The notes: generated from the sequence alone by a model not told the origin. 64,000 nt of DNA from Zootoca vivipara (GCF_963506605.1 NC_083288.1:19840001-19904000); one strand, 5' to 3'. Shown: positions 38,461-51,965, counted from the stretch's first letter. A program made the numbers and translations.

Positions 38461-38789
38461 TAGTTTGTTGGCTTAAATGGCAATAGTCTTGCAGTTCCAA
38501 AATCCAAAAGCGTTTTCTTTCCTGGCCCCAGTTGTTCCTTAACATTAGCAAACAAACTGCCAGTAATTTTATTACTGATTGGTTTGTCTGCATAACACCA
38601 TCAAGATTCATTGCACTTTATGGAGTCCCTGCCTTTATGGAGAACCCTAAGTTCAGTGTGACAGGGTGGAGGTATGGACTTGGGAATAAGCAGGGCTTGA
38701 TGTTTTAATAGTTGATGTTTTATTGTGTTTTTAACATTTTGTTGGGAGCCGCCCAGAGTGGCTGGGGCAGCCCAGCCAGATGGGTAGTA

Positions 38790-38825
<36 letters not shown>

Positions 38826-39721
38826 CATCATCATCAACTTGTTGTGCTGGAGTTGCCATAGCTGCCTATTGGTGGTCATATGACTGCAGGTTGACAACAG
38901 TCTTAACATTTTATTATATAGTAAGATGCATACTTAGGCTTAGTTACAACAATGTATGGGAACTAAGAAGTTAAGCCAGATGGTGAATGAGGGGAGGAGA
39001 ATGGGGCTTGAGGACAGTCTAAAGCTCTTAACAAGTGGGACCTGTAACAATATTTCATTGTGGAATGCTGATGTTCAGGATAGCAGACATACTATTTCCC
39101 CACCCACCCTGCCCAACAGTTCGCATACTGTGTCTGCTGAGCATGCTCAGACCTCATTGGACTGTGTAGTTTACCCCCTCCCTCAGGTTTTTATTCTCCC
39201 TCCCCAATATATATTTTAGTAGTTCTGCAAAGCTTGAGATTCTCCCAAAACTACTGATACCTCTCTCTTGCAGAGGCTGTTTTGGCTAGAGAAGCAATGG
39301 CACCCAAGGCCTGAATGCTAGATATAGAGGGAATTATTTAGAATTAGAATTAGAATTCTCTGTGTTTGATGTTCCTTTAGTTGACATAGCAAAACAAGCA
39401 ACTGGAAGCCATTCAGGCTCCACAGAATCTCATGTTTCCATGTAAGGAGAGTAACAGGAGGGTGGCCAAAATTCAGGCTGTGCAACCTCTCTTTTAACGC
39501 CAGGTATGAGTCACAAAGCAGGGACACTGCTTTCAAGACCTCTGCAGGGTCTTGAAAGCTTTGGACCTGCAGGGGGACAAACTGACCCTTTTGGTGATTC
39601 TGAGAGCGCAGGTGTGGGTTGGCATTTAGCAGGCATCAAGGTGATGTATCTTGTGGCAGGGAGCTAGGGGGCCTGGGCATGCAACTGCAAGAATTCATCC
39701 ACTGTGTCTGTCCCCAAACAG

Positions 39722-39812
39722 AGCCAAAGAAGAGAACAAAAAGGTGTTGGCTGAAAAGGAGCAGCTGGAAAAGAAGCTGAGAAATGCCCTGAATTGTGTG
39801 GATCAACTTCAG
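39722..39812 (+). CDS. CALCOCO2: CALCOCO2 coding exon 7
   Basis: AKEENKKVLAEKEQLEKKLRNALNCVDQLQ (human ...RVDQLQ); donor CAG|GTGGGA. Confidence 0.9.
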
Positions 39813-40025
39813 GTGGGAAACTCCTGCATGTTCCCTTGGCATTTATGAGCTGCTGGATAGTGCAGGAAGGGAACATAGGTAGTTGAGAAGGTTTCTTAAA
39901 AACCCAGTTGTCCTTTGGAAAACGGGAAATGAGATGGTTCTTTAATATCAGATGGCCAGATACGTTCAAGTATTTATAATTGATCTCATTCATACACTGA
40001 GGCCATGTTTTCGTTCAGATTAGAG

Positions 40026-40161
40026 CAGGCTTCCTCAACCTCGGCCCTTCAGATGTTTTGAGACTACAATTCCCATCATCCCTGACCACTGGTCCTGCTA
40101 GCTAGGGATCATGGGAGTTGTAGGCCAAAAACATCCGGAGGGCCGAGGTTGAGGAAGCCTG
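40026..40161. mobile_element. hAT palindromic MITE
   Basis: CAGGCTTCCTCAACCT...AGGTTGAGGAAGCCTG; TSD GATTAGAG. Confidence 0.9.
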
Positions 40162-40530
40162 GATTAGAGTGTGGGTTTACCTCTGGCCCTCCAGATGTTA
40201 TTGGGCTACAGCTTGCATCATCCCTAACCATTGGCCATGCTGGCTTGGGTTGATGGGAGTTGGCCCTGAGTGCAGCAGACACACTTGCAAATGGCACATA
40301 CCTTATTCTCAGGAAAATGCAAGGAGTACTTGTGCACATTAGAATGTGACACACTAAGCAGTTAGATCTAAAACCGAATAAGTTATACCGGTGAGTGGGG
40401 CAAAGAATTAGAAGCACACCTAACACCTACACAATGGGGAAAAGCTGTACATAATATTACACTAGCCCCCCATAACATTAGACTGAGGTTAATTCAACAG
40501 GAAATACTCATGAGCTACTGGACAGCAATA

Positions 40531-40749
40531 CAGTGGTACCTTGGTTCTCAAACGCCTTGGTACTCAAACAACTTGGAACCTAAACACTGCAAACCTAGAA
40601 GGAAGTGTTCTGGTTTGCAAACTTTTTCTGGAAGCTGAACATGCTCCGTTTTGAGGGCCACACTTCTGTTTTGAGTGTTACGCTGAGGTCTGTCTGTTTT
40701 TGCTATTTATTTTGCGTTTTTGTGACTCTGTGGAACCCAGTTCAGCTAC

Positions 40750-40784
<35 letters not shown>

Positions 40785-41001
40785 GTGACTGCAGTACATT
40801 GTTCATTGCTTCATTTTATGGATCAACGGTCATAGTAAAATTCATGTTAAATTGCTGGTTTAGGGCTTGTTTTTAAAAGTTTGGAATGGATTAATCCATT
40901 TTGCATTACTTTCTATGGCAAAGCATGCCTTGCTTTTGGAAAGCTTTGGTTTTGGAACGGACTTCTGGAGCGGATTACGTCTGAGAACCAAGGTACCACT
41001 G
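40531..41001. mobile_element. Tigger-like MITE related to 62455-63061
   Basis: TA-CAGTGGTACCTTGGTTCTC...GAGAACCAAGGTACCACTG-TA. Confidence 0.87.
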
Positions 41002-41021
41002 TATGTCTTAAGCCCAGGGGC

Positions 41022-41065
<44 letters not shown>

Positions 41066-41234
41066 ACAAATGATTGCTGGAGATGCCGATAGCCACAAGC
41101 AGACCTAACTCACCTACAATATAAAGCTAGAAATCTTAACAAAACTTGATGGGGCTAAGTTTAAGCCTGACAGCCCAGCATTCCTGTCGTCATCTGCGTT
41201 TGGGGAGTCATGTGTGCCTCTGCTTCCATCTCAG

Positions 41235-41357
41235 TCCCAAGTGCAGAGTCAACAGAACAAAGTGGAAGACCTGCAAGGGGCAGTTCAAGACAAAGCAAGG
41301 CACCTGGAGCAGCTGAAGGAGGAGAATTATCAATTAAATGCCACCTTGCTTAGACAG
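41235..41357 (+). CDS. CALCOCO2: CALCOCO2 coding exon 8
   Basis: SQVQSQQNKVEDLQGAVQDKARHLEQLKEENYQLNATLLRQ (human QDKTEQLEQLKKEN); donor CAG|GTAAGC. Confidence 0.92.
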
Positions 41358-42404
41358 GTAAGCTTGCCTCTCCCCCCCCCCCTCCTTGTTGTTACAGTGG
41401 TTTAGGAGACGGTAAAAGAAAGAGCACAGGCATAGTGGATCTGCACAGTTTTATCCGCCTAAGCAAATGATTAAAGGTCTTGAGAGAGTTTCAGACTTCT
41501 TGAGCAGGAAGCAGCTCACTTTGAGGTGGACTATTTAGAGCATGCAGGAAGTGGTTTGCTCTCTGAAGTTCAGACTTTAAAACCAGCAGGTAGCTTCTGT
41601 GCTGCCGGGCCTCCTGCCCAATGAATTTAGGCACAATGCTGTGCAGGTCTACCCTGAAGCAAGTCTTGTTGAATTCAGTGTGGAAAATGAATACAGTAGA
41701 GGATTGCAATATTAATCTGGACATTCTTCATGCAGGCTGCTACTCTTCCATGAGACTTACTTTCAGTGTATTCCAGAGGTGGAGAACCTGAGATCTGAGG
41801 GCCAAATGCAGCTTTCCAAGCCTTTATCTGGCCCCCGGGGACACTTTTTCCAGATCACACCCCCTTCCCAGGCCACACACACCCCACCATCCCTCCTTGA
41901 GTGTTTTTGCCTGACTGGAATGTGTCCTTGAACTGTTGAAGATGCCTTTGGCTTGCCTGGAAGGAGGATAGAGTGAGGGCCGGGTGTGTGTGTGTGCAAA
42001 TTAGCCTACTGTATGTGTACATTGTATGTGTCAGTCTGGCAACTTTTGCCTCTGACTGTGCCCTACCCCTGGCATGTGGCCCTTGGACGGTTCCCCAGAA
42101 GGGGATGTGGCCCTTGAGCTATGCAAAAGGGTTTCCAACCTTGGGATAGTGGTTAGAGTTTTCAACCTAGACTGATGAGAACCAGGTTTAAATTTCTCAT
42201 CAGCTATGAAACTGATGGGTGAGCTTGGGCTAGTCACCATCTCTGAGCCTAACTTAGCTCATAGGGTGGTTTTAACAATAATATTGGGGGTAGTCGGGGA
42301 GTGGGGAGACCTGAGCTCCTCCAGGGAAGTGTGGTGTGAAAATGATAGGTGACATTTTCCAAATAAAAATCACCTTTATTTTTTTTACCCGCCCCCCAAC
42401 CCAG

Positions 42405-42491
42405 CAAAATTTGGAGAAGAAACTGGAAGAGGAAGCGCTTTCATATCAGATCCTGCAGAAGGAAATGAACGAAATGGAAAAGGAGAACAAG
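42405..42491 (+). CDS. CALCOCO2: CALCOCO2 coding exon 9
   Basis: QNLEKKLEEEALSYQILQKEMNEMEKENK; pyrimidine tract and CCAG acceptor; donor AAG|GTGCAA; 87 nt. Confidence 0.85.
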
Positions 42492-42528
42492 GTGCAAGTT
42501 TAGTTAAATGGGAGTTGGAGAAGGAATG

Positions 42529-42690
42529 CAGGGCCGGCTCTAGGAGTAGGCTGGGTGGTGCGGGGCGCGGGGCTGGCAGGGGGGCGCCACGCGGCAGAGC
42601 CGCGCGGCCGCCCACCAGCCGCGGCAAGAAACGGGGCGGGGAAGGGGCGCCGGAGCGATCTCCGCGCCCGACATGCTTAAGACGGCCCTG
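42529..42690. mobile_element. GC-rich hAT MITE
   Basis: CAGGGCCG...CGGCCCTG; TSD AAGGAATG. Confidence 0.85.
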
Positions 42691-43372
42691 AAGGAATGCA
42701 TAAATGCTGCAGCACTCTGAAAAGAAATGTGCTTTCTTTTAAGTCAGGGAGAGCCAGTTGTTGCTGGACTCTCATCAGCCCCAGCCAGGATTGCCAATGG
42801 GAAGCAACGATAGAAGCTGTAGTCTCACAGCATCGGGTTAAAAGCCAGGGAGAGGGCTATTGCCTTCAAGCCCTGCTTATGTGTACCCCAGATGCATCTG
42901 GTTGGTTGCTGTCTGAAACAGGCTACCGGAATAGATGAACCTTCAAGTCTGAACTAGCAAGGTGGTTCTTATCTAGAATTGGCAATCCTTGTACTAGGCC
43001 ACTGGGAAAGCAAATCCCTAACTGCACTGAATGCCAGTTAGTTTCTGGGGCCAGTTCAAAGTGCTAGTGTTGACCTGTAAAGCTTTACACAGCTCGGGAC
43101 CTCAATACCTTAAGGGCTGCCTCTCTTCATACAAACTGACCCAGACCCCACACTTGTTGTCTAAGGCCTTTCTCTATGTCCCCTCTCCCCAAGAACTTTG
43201 GAGGGTAGCAACACAAGAACGGTCCTTTTTGGTGGTGGCTCCTGTCTGTGGAATGCTCTCCCCAGAAAGGCTCCTCTGGCACCATCCTTATATGTCTTTG
43301 GGTGCCATGAAAAAAAACCATTCCTCTTTACCCAGGCCTTTGGCCATTAATAATCTATGGTCTGTTAAATCT

Positions 43373-43709
43373 AGGTAAAGGTAAAGGGACCCCTGACCAC
43401 TAGGTCCAGTCGCAGATGACTCTGGGGTTGTGGCACTCATCTCGCTTTACTGGTCGAGGGAGCTGGCGTACAGCTTCCAGGTCATGACTAAGCCGCTACT
43501 GGCGAACCGGAGCAGAGCACAGAAACACCGTTTACCTTCCTGCCAGAGTGGTACCTATTTATCTACTTGCACTGTGTGCTTTCAAACTGCTAGGTTGGCA
43601 GGAGCAGAGACCGAACAACGGAATCTCACCCCGTCAAGGGGATTCAAACCGCCAACCTTCTGATTGGCAAGCCCTAGGCTCTGTGGTTTAATCCACAGTG
43701 CCACCCGCA
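43373..43709 (-). mobile_element. Sauria SINE
   Basis: AGGTAAAGGTAAAGGGACCCCTGACC... consensus in reverse orientation. Confidence 0.88.
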
Positions 43710-44821
43710 TTAAATGTGTGTGGGGGGGCTGTTATTATGATTATTTTATTATTATGTTCTCTATTATGTTTTTATTATTATGCTCCGTAAAATATGTTCT
43801 TAATGTTGCACACTGCCCTGGGATCTTCTGATAAAGGGTAGTATATAAATTGAATAAATAACATTAGTAATAATAAATAATGATTTATGGAAACAAGCTT
43901 GTAAGAAACTGCTCACCTGGTTTCCTGTGGCAAATCAAAACAACAACAAAGTGTGCAGCACCTTAAAGACTTAACAATTTTATTATAGCATAAGCCTCCA
44001 TGGGCTGCAATCCACTCCATCACATGTCGTATGCTGTAGTCCAGGCAACTTTATGTCTCTGTGCTGTGTTTGCTGTAAGATACTAGCAGGTTTACTCCTC
44101 TGGAAATGTAAAGCAAGCAAGCAGTGTTTCCAGGCAACCAAACCAAAGCAAGGAAGCTTTCAAAAACTGGAATGTTCTTGGTTCTTTGAAACTATCTGTG
44201 TGTTCCAAAGGACAAATATAAGTATGGCTGAGCAAGTGGGGCAATAAAGAGAGTATATGGGCTTATAACTTTTTGTGGCCTTATTTGTGAAGCTGCTTTG
44301 AAGGACCCTGAATGACAAGAGAAGCAATCAGTAAATTAGCAATGATAAAAATACAGCAAAGCTGTTGCACACCCTGCCCGAGAGCATTCCTTTCTCCCTG
44401 AACCCTACCACAGGATTAACAACGGGTTCCTAACTCCCACCCTGCCTCCCACTTCTTCTGAAACACCAAAAATGGCATTGTCCAGTCAAAAGTATTATTG
44501 CCAATCCCCTTCCCCTGAATTGGTACTAATTGTCTGGCATTATAACACAAAAGCAGGGGGAATAGGAAAGAAACAGGTTTCCTTTAGTGCAAGCGTGAAG
44601 AAAACCTGTGGATGTTCAGATGCTGGTGGACTGTAAATCCTATCAGTCCTGATATTGGCCATGCTGGCTGGGGCTGATGGGAGTTGTAGTCCAGGAACAT
44701 CTGGACCCCACTCTTAGCCACGGCTTTCTGCATTTCAGATTTGAGGAACTGCTTCAAGCTGCTTGCAAACTGTAACTTCAGGTGATCCTGGCTTCTCATC
44801 CTACCATTTGTTTCGTTGCAG

Positions 44822-44942
44822 AGATTAAAGCGGGAGAATGAGGAACTGATGGTGCACCTTCCTGAAATTCTGGATCATCCACCTGGGGTCCTAACCCAGT
44901 CACCAGAAAACTCAGTCCTGGTGTATGGAAATCCCTATACTG
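44822..44942 (+). CDS. CALCOCO2: CALCOCO2 coding exon 10 (includes the YGNPY galectin-8-interacting motif)
   Basis: RLKRENEELMVHLP...NSVLVYGNPYT (human LLKREN...GLAYGNPYS); donor G|GTGAGT. Confidence 0.93.
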
Positions 44943-45518
44943 GTGAGTGCATTAGAGCATCCACTTAGAAGAGTCCAACTGGAGGCAAGGGGGACATGCA
45001 TTTATGTCTTGATGTTAGCATGCAGAAAGCCCCAGATTCAATCCCTGGTATCTCCAGTAGGTCAGGGAGACTCCAGTCTGAAAACTCTGGAGGTCAGGAT
45101 AAACAATACTAACCTAGATGGACCCATGATCTGACTTGGTACAAGGCAGCTTCTTCTTTTCATTGCATTCAGATGCGTATGTTTAATCTGTTTTGGTCTT
45201 CTTGCCCTCTTGTTTTATCATTTCCCCCTGCTGATGCTTCCAATCCTCTCCCCCCCACCACCGGTTCTTACTATATTTGCTGTCTGCCTTTCTGCTGTTT
45301 CCTCCTTGATCTCAAATATGATCGAACTGCTCTGCCTCCACACTCGGAGGCTGTATACTTCTGAATTCCACCTGCTGGGAACCACAGGAGGAGAGAGCTC
45401 TCCTTCACTTGAGAGTTTCCCACAGGCATCTTGTTGGCCCTTTGAGCACAGGATGCTGGAGCAAAAGGGCCATTGGCCTGATCCAGCGGGGCTCTTCTAG
45501 TGCTGTTATGATCTACAA

Positions 45519-45657
45519 TAGGGTTTCCCGAACTTGGGCCGCCAGCTGTTTTCAGGCTACAATTCCCATGATCCCTGACCACTGGTTGTCCTGCTAGCTA
45601 GGGATGATGGGAGTTGTAGTCCAAAAACAGCAGAAGACCCAAGTTTGGGAAACCTTG
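45519..45657. mobile_element. hAT palindromic MITE
   Basis: AGGGTTTCCC...GGGAAACCTTG; TSD ATCTACA(A/T). Confidence 0.78.
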
Positions 45658-46432
45658 ATCTACATGAACACATTTCTCTGTTTCCACCCATCTCTCTGAA
45701 TTCAACTTATTAGTCTGTCCTTCAGCCAAGGACAATGTGTTTGTTTGTTTGTTTGATTGATTGATTGATTGATTGCTTTTTAACTTTTGCTCCTCAGAGC
45801 CAACTCTTCCCTCAACTCCACAGTTTTCACTTCTGTGTGTGGGAATGTTAGGGATGTGGATTAGGATATATTATTAGATAGATCCTATCCAAGCTTGTGT
45901 TAGCAAGCTTCCAACATCAGCAGTGTGACATTCCCCTTCTGTGCGCAGCAAAGCGTGAGCGTTAGGTCTGTTAGAACCTCTGCAACAATATTATACTTCA
46001 ATATTATACTTCCTGGCAAATCCCCTTTGTCCCTCTTAAAAGAAATACACGACACAATAGTATTAAAATAAGATAGAATTTACTCACATGACATCCTGAG
46101 TTAACAGCGTAATCTCAGAAAGGCAGGCTTACGTAGAAAAGTTACAGATATATACATCTGGAGTCTACTTAGTAAAGTGAGGCTCCATCTGGTCTCTCTC
46201 TTGGCAGCAGGCCACTGGTCAGGGATCATGGGAGTTGTAGTTCCAAAACATCTGGAGAGCCAAGGTTGCCTATGCCTGATTTAGGGCTTTCAAGCACTTT
46301 GAATCGAGCTTTTCACGGGGTGACACTAAGCGATGGTGGCAGAGAAATCTGACTGCATCACTATCATCACAGCTGCAGTGTGGGCCCTATATGGGTTGCA
46401 GCCTGAAATCTTCTGCTGTTTACACTCTAACC

Positions 46433-46568
46433 CAGGCACCCCCAAACTTCGGCCCTCCAGATGTTTTGGACTACAATTCCCATCTTCCCCGACCACTGGT
46501 CCTGTTAGGTAGGGATCAGGGGAGTTGTAGGCCAAAACATCTTGAGGGCCGCAGTTTGGGGATGCCTG
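46433..46568. mobile_element. hAT palindromic MITE
   Basis: CAGGCA...TGCCTG; TSD CTCTAACC. Confidence 0.88.
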
Positions 46569-46899
46569 CTCTAACCAGTTTCCTTTTCATTTACAACAAT
46601 GGTTCCCCTGTTCACAGATCAGCATCACCTTCCCTTGAGCAGAAAATCCAAATCTACTGCATGCCCAACTCAGTGTGTCAGGTTAGATATGATTTGATGG
46701 GACAGTTGCAGTGCTGGCTATGAAGTCCTATAAACCACTCCCAACACGTTCGCTTACAGTATATTTCTATATACGTCTACTCAAAAGCTGCCAGTGTTGC
46801 CATCACCACTCAGTCTCTTTGTTGCTTTTGCGATAGATCGGTTCATGTAAGAGCATTGCATTTTCTTGTTATGGCTAAGATGTGTCATCTGTTTTGCAG

Positions 46900-46928
46900 T
46901 AAACCCAGCAATTCCTGAGACAGAGTTG
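46900..46928 (+). CDS. CALCOCO2: CALCOCO2 coding exon 11 (29-nt micro-exon)
   Basis: TTTTGCAG|TAAACCCAGCAATTCCTGAGACAGAGTTG|GTAAGT; converts phase 1 to phase 0 as required by the flanking exons; (V)NPAIPETEL. Confidence 0.82.
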
Positions 46929-47960
46929 GTAAGTGTTTTGTGTGTGTGTTTCATGAGATCCTTATTTGTTTGTTTTTACTGGGGGGGACTTGGTGTGAAT
47001 GTGGGAGCCCTGGAAGACTGAGCCTTTCCTGTTCTGTTTCATTCGTTCCCCATTATTTTTGCTTACTGTGCCACCACCCATATATATGGCCTTTGTTTAA
47101 GGAATCTTAAGAGGACAAGTCCCTGCCCCAAGGAGCTTAAAGTCTATAAATTACACAATGGGAGACAACAGAGGAAGGGGAAGGAATTGGAGGCAGGGAT
47201 TAAACAAGGGGAAGAACACGTGGTGATTGCTGTCATGCATACATAACAAAGTGAACACCACGTTACTGTCCTTTAGCATGGTATTTAGGGTGCCTTAAGC
47301 CCAAGGTTCAGAATTTAGTGAGGAAGCCATACAGCGACAGCATGGAATCAGACATGGGGTTGCTTTAAAATATCTTAGGCTGCTAGTTATGTTTGATCTA
47401 CAGTTTAGACCTATAGCTTTTCCCGCCTGTCCATTTTCAAAATTATATCCGACGCCCATCCACCTCTATGTTGCCCTTTCTTTAGAATAATAGAGGTGTG
47501 ATGCCTGGAAGAAAGTGTTGGAAAGCTTGAGAAGGGCAGAGAAAGCTGGGAGTGGGTCATCTGCAGGGAAATGGACTGGCTTCTCTTCCTCACCCTTTTA
47601 ACTCCTTTTTTAGGTGATCCTAAGGAGGGAGGTTAAACTTCTGAAACTTCAGTAAGAGCCCGAGGCTTTACAACCCTAATAGAACGATTACAGATGGGTG
47701 CTCATTCTTAACACTTTTTCAGTTCCCCCGCACCCTACCCTATCAGGTTTAAAAAATATATATCTGTCCACTGTCTGGCAGGAAATACCCATAAGAAGGA
47801 TGGGCAGCAAATAAGGTGGTGCTTCCAGGCCCTTAAGTTCTATCGCCCTTGCCCTCATTGCCCTGCCCTGCCCTGCCCTGGCCAGCCTCAGGTGCTCAGT
47901 TGCATTTTTGCAGCAGATAATCTCCTATGCTTCCACGTTCTCATTCTCGCCTCCATTTAG

Positions 47961-48137
47961 GTCTCCGTGAGAAAATGTCCCATGTGCAACGAAGTCTTCC
48001 CTAATGACATCGGGGAGCAGCAGTATTCAGATCATGTGCGAAGCCACCTTCTGGAGTGTCCGTACTGCGACGAGAGCTTTGACAACTCCAATAAGCAAGT
48101 GTATGACGACCATGTCTACTGCCACGGCTTAGACTAA
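47961..48137 (+). CDS. CALCOCO2: CALCOCO2 last coding exon (two UBZ-type zinc fingers)
   Basis: VSVRKCPMCNEVFPNDIGEQQYSDHVRSHLLECPYCDESFDNSNKQVYDDHVYCHGLD*; summed CDS 1470 nt = 489 aa plus stop. Confidence 0.95.
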   Translation, partial: VSVRKCPMCNEVFPNDIGEQQYSDHVRSHLLECPYCDESFDNSNKQVYDDHVYCHGLD

Positions 48138-49399
48138 ATGTTGGTCTGCTTGCATAAGCTACAAAGGGATAGTGCCTCTTTATCTTACCCCACTCCCCCC
48201 ACCTTTTAATGTTATGACAGAGACTGGCACAGAAGGATTTCTGTGCTGCTGTTAGACTTGCCATGCCAGGGAAAAACCTGTTGTTGGGACTGAAGCATTG
48301 TTCATTTCCTTCCGTCTGTTATGCACACCTGTCAAATGCTAAATGCACTATGCTTCTGCTGCGGAAAAGGACACATATTTCTTGACTAAGTACATCTTTC
48401 AACAGATGAAAGCTCGTTACAAGTTATTTCAAAGGGATGAGCATTTTATTAAAATGAATGGTGATTTTCTTCCCATACATTTGCAACTGACAGAAACCCC
48501 TACAGCAGAAGAGATTTGGTTCGTTAACAATAGTTTGTCTAGCTGTCTAAACTATAGAAATTCCACCTTCGCTTGCTTTGTGTCCTGTTCTCGGTAAAGG
48601 AAGTAGATAATTGTGAAACACCCCACAAGTGTAGTAGCAGCCTCACCTGCCTTCAAGCTGTTTTGGACAAAGATAAGAAGAGAAGAAAGTTTATGTGCTC
48701 GTCAGCATTGCATCACATGTTGGGTGAAGTGCTTCTGAATGGTGGCATTAAGGGTGGGAAAGCAGAGAGCTCAAACTTGGTTTCAACTAAAATACTAGTG
48801 TCCAGAATGCCTAAGTCAAAATGTCTCGCCCCATCAAAAAGCCACTTCGCAGATGCTGTTGCTCTGGTCAACAGCTAGCTTTCCAAGGAGTGGAAGCATT
48901 TTGAGAAGTGAAAGAGGGTTGGCTGGTAGGCCATAATTTCATAACTCCTCATGCCATCCCCCAAAGTGACCATGCCAGCAAGTTTAGTAGCCACAGGATT
49001 ACTTTCTCCAGGCATCTTTCGCTTCCAGGCAGGCAGCTGGGGAAAGAGTGGTAGCTTGGCATCCCTGAACGGAATCAGATTCACCATGCTGGATTGGGGC
49101 GGGGGGGCGTGTTCTCCTGTTGCTGACCATTACGCTATAGGCAGAACTCACCAGAAAGCTGTTTTCTGTGCAGTCCCACTGAAATGAATGGGAGCAGTTA
49201 AGAACAGCACATCTTACACAGGTCAGCTGAGGTAAACTCTGTTCAAAACAGTGGTGGCATGAGGGGGGCGGAAAATACCGGGATAGAAGTAGGCCCACGA
49301 GGCCTAGTGGATTCTGTAGTGGCAAGCTCTGTGTGATATGTTTTATGTTTAGGACTTATCCTAAATCATTCACATTTTTGCGGCAAGACTGCTGTCAAA

Positions 49400-49576
49400 C
49401 AGGGCAGTCTCAATCAGGTCGCACGCCCTGGCGCTGAGGGGCGAAGATCGCTCCGGCGCCCCCACCCTCGCAGGGCGCAGCATGGTTTCCGCGCGGCTTT
49501 GCCGCGCGGCGCCCTGCCTTCCAGCCCAGCGCCCTGGTGCACCGCACCATCGGGGGTCTACCTAGAGCCGGCCCTG
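49400..49576. mobile_element. GC-rich hAT MITE related to 42529-42690, opposite orientation
   Basis: CAGGGC...CTAGAGCCGGCCCTG; TSD CTGTCAAA. Confidence 0.85.
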
Positions 49577-51910
49577 CTGTCAAAAACACATTTACTCAGA
49601 AATGAGCCCCACTGATTTCAGTGAGCTTTACTTCCAAGTAAATAGTCCTCGAAGGGCAGTCCCAAAGACTCTGGTGCCACACATGGCTCTAAGCCCGCCC
49701 AACAAATCTGACTGAAGTCTGAGCATGTCCTTATAGCAGGTATAAAGAACCCGTGGGCACCAGAACAGCCCTCAGGTAAACATTAGGAGATGAAACTCTC
49801 CTAATTCAGAATATGTGATACGTAGGCTACTTTGTCTCTTCCACATTCACTTGTTTTGGGTTGATTTGCCCTGCCCCAGACTGTGAGGCAATGGCTACTT
49901 TCCAGGCTCCTTTGAAAGCCTCCTGTCTCTTTAGCGGCGCCCGTGGAATGTAAGGCTCGGGGCCTTGAAATGGTTCTGTTCTAAGAATTTCTTTTTTAAT
50001 CCTCTTATTTATCTACCGCCTCTAAATGGTAACTCAGGAATCAAAGTGACAACATATTAAAAACAAAACAAAACCCCACCTTTTAATAGAAGAGAATCTT
50101 CATGATTTCATTGCTGTTTGGGAATTTGCAAGGCTCGATGCAAAGTTGGGTTCTCTGCTTTTTTAAACAAGCCACCTTCAACTTATATTCCTGCTGATTA
50201 GAACTGAATACATATGTAGAATACTTGTTCAAAAGAATCTTTTTAATTTTGATGTTGATGTGTTCTATGCAAGACCAAAAGCTGTAACATGGTTAATTGC
50301 CTACTGTGTATTGATTACTGATAGACCTCTAATGTTGTTGGGGGAAATCCATTTTGTGTTTTAATAGCGTTCTGCTTTCAACTACTTTTGATTATTGCTT
50401 TTTAAAAGCACGGTATGTTAACACCTCTTCCAATGCTGAAAATTGTAAAGTTGTATTGGTTGGCCTCCTGCAGTGTAATATTAAATACCGTAAGTGGACT
50501 TCAGTTTTTCTCATCTTATATTTCAAAGTAGCCATCTGGGAACTTCATTCTGCACTCTTTCCCTTTGATTCCAGTGGTTATAATATGTAAATTTGGGGGG
50601 GGGGGAGAGAGAGAGAGACAGAGAAGACAAACAATCACAAGAAGAGCCCTATGGGATCAAACCAAAGGCCCATCTAGTCCCACATTCTGTGACAACCACA
50701 AGCAAAATCTGTGAACCACTTGCGGGTATAGGGCGGTGTACAAATTTAAATAACAATAACAACAACAACAACAACCTGAGCACAACAACACACTCTCTCC
50801 CACCCCCAGTGATTCCCAGCAATTGGTATTCAGACACATACCAGAGTGTGATTTAGGTACAATCTGTTCTGCAAGAAGCTGTCCCAAGAAGTTTTGTTTC
50901 CTGTGGAGAAGGACAAGAGGGTGCCCCCCCCCCTCCCTCCAGTCCCATGTACAGGTATGCCCATGACCACTCTGGCTCTTCAATCTTATTTAAATAGTAC
51001 AAATGAGGCAACGTCTCCCAGTGCCCCTCCAAGCACAGCTCTGTCCTCCTAACACCTCGCTGCCACTCCTTCCCCCAAAATGCCCTGCATCTGCTCATTA
51101 GAAAAAGAAGCAGCATATATTGATTTTCAAATATACAGCAGCTTGGCAGCTTAAAGCAATAAACACAGCAGTGACGAAGAAAAAGAGCGCCACTGCCCCA
51201 TGGAGCACAGGTCAATGTACTACAATGAGAATAAAGATCAAGTCTCTTCTGTGAAAGGGCAATAGGAAAGGGAATGGGAGCTGCCACCTCACTTTGTGCC
51301 AGCCCAGATTATTTTAATATGTCTTTTTAAAAATAATATTTTTTTATTTTAGAAAACAGATTTCTTTTCAATTTAATTAAAATGGTTTGACATAACAGTA
51401 ATAGAATATTTTGAAAAATCAGAAGTGGCAAAATACAATCCTAAATCATTAAAGAAGAGAGAAACCAGATGAGATATAGTGCAGAAGTAGAATGGAAAAT
51501 GATCAACTTTACATTACAGAAGCACTCAAATAGCCTAGGATCCAGAGATGATTCTTCAGGTTTTGAATTCCAGGAATTTCTGTTTTGGTTAATGGTGTGT
51601 TGAACAAAAGTAAAAGCAGCAATGTTGGCCCACAAGAAACATTCTGAATTAAGACAATGCCTTTATCGGTCCACACAGTGGATCACAAAAGTCCTGTGAA
51701 TAGTCCAATAGTATGCCATGTTCCGTGTCCAAGAAGCACACTAAGGCATGCGCACCTTCTCCCAAATCCCATGGCAGCAGTGGATAAGCAGGATAGATTC
51801 CCACATAGACCTTGTGCAGATGAAGGCTTCTCAAGGGCATCTCAAGGCCAGAAGAAGCAACTGATTAGCAGGATGTCTTGTGTCCTCCATGCAACATGGG
51901 GGTCTTTTTA

Positions 51911-51965
51911 AAAAGCTAAAGGGACCCCTGACCGTTAAGTCCAGTCACAGATAACTCTGGGGTTG
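51911..51965 (-). mobile_element. Sauria SINE 3' tail, 3 nt after the copy A stop codon
   Basis: AAAGGGACCCCTGACCGTTAAGTCCAGTCA...CTCTGGGGTTG; equivalent in copy B at 56211-56265. Confidence 0.8.
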
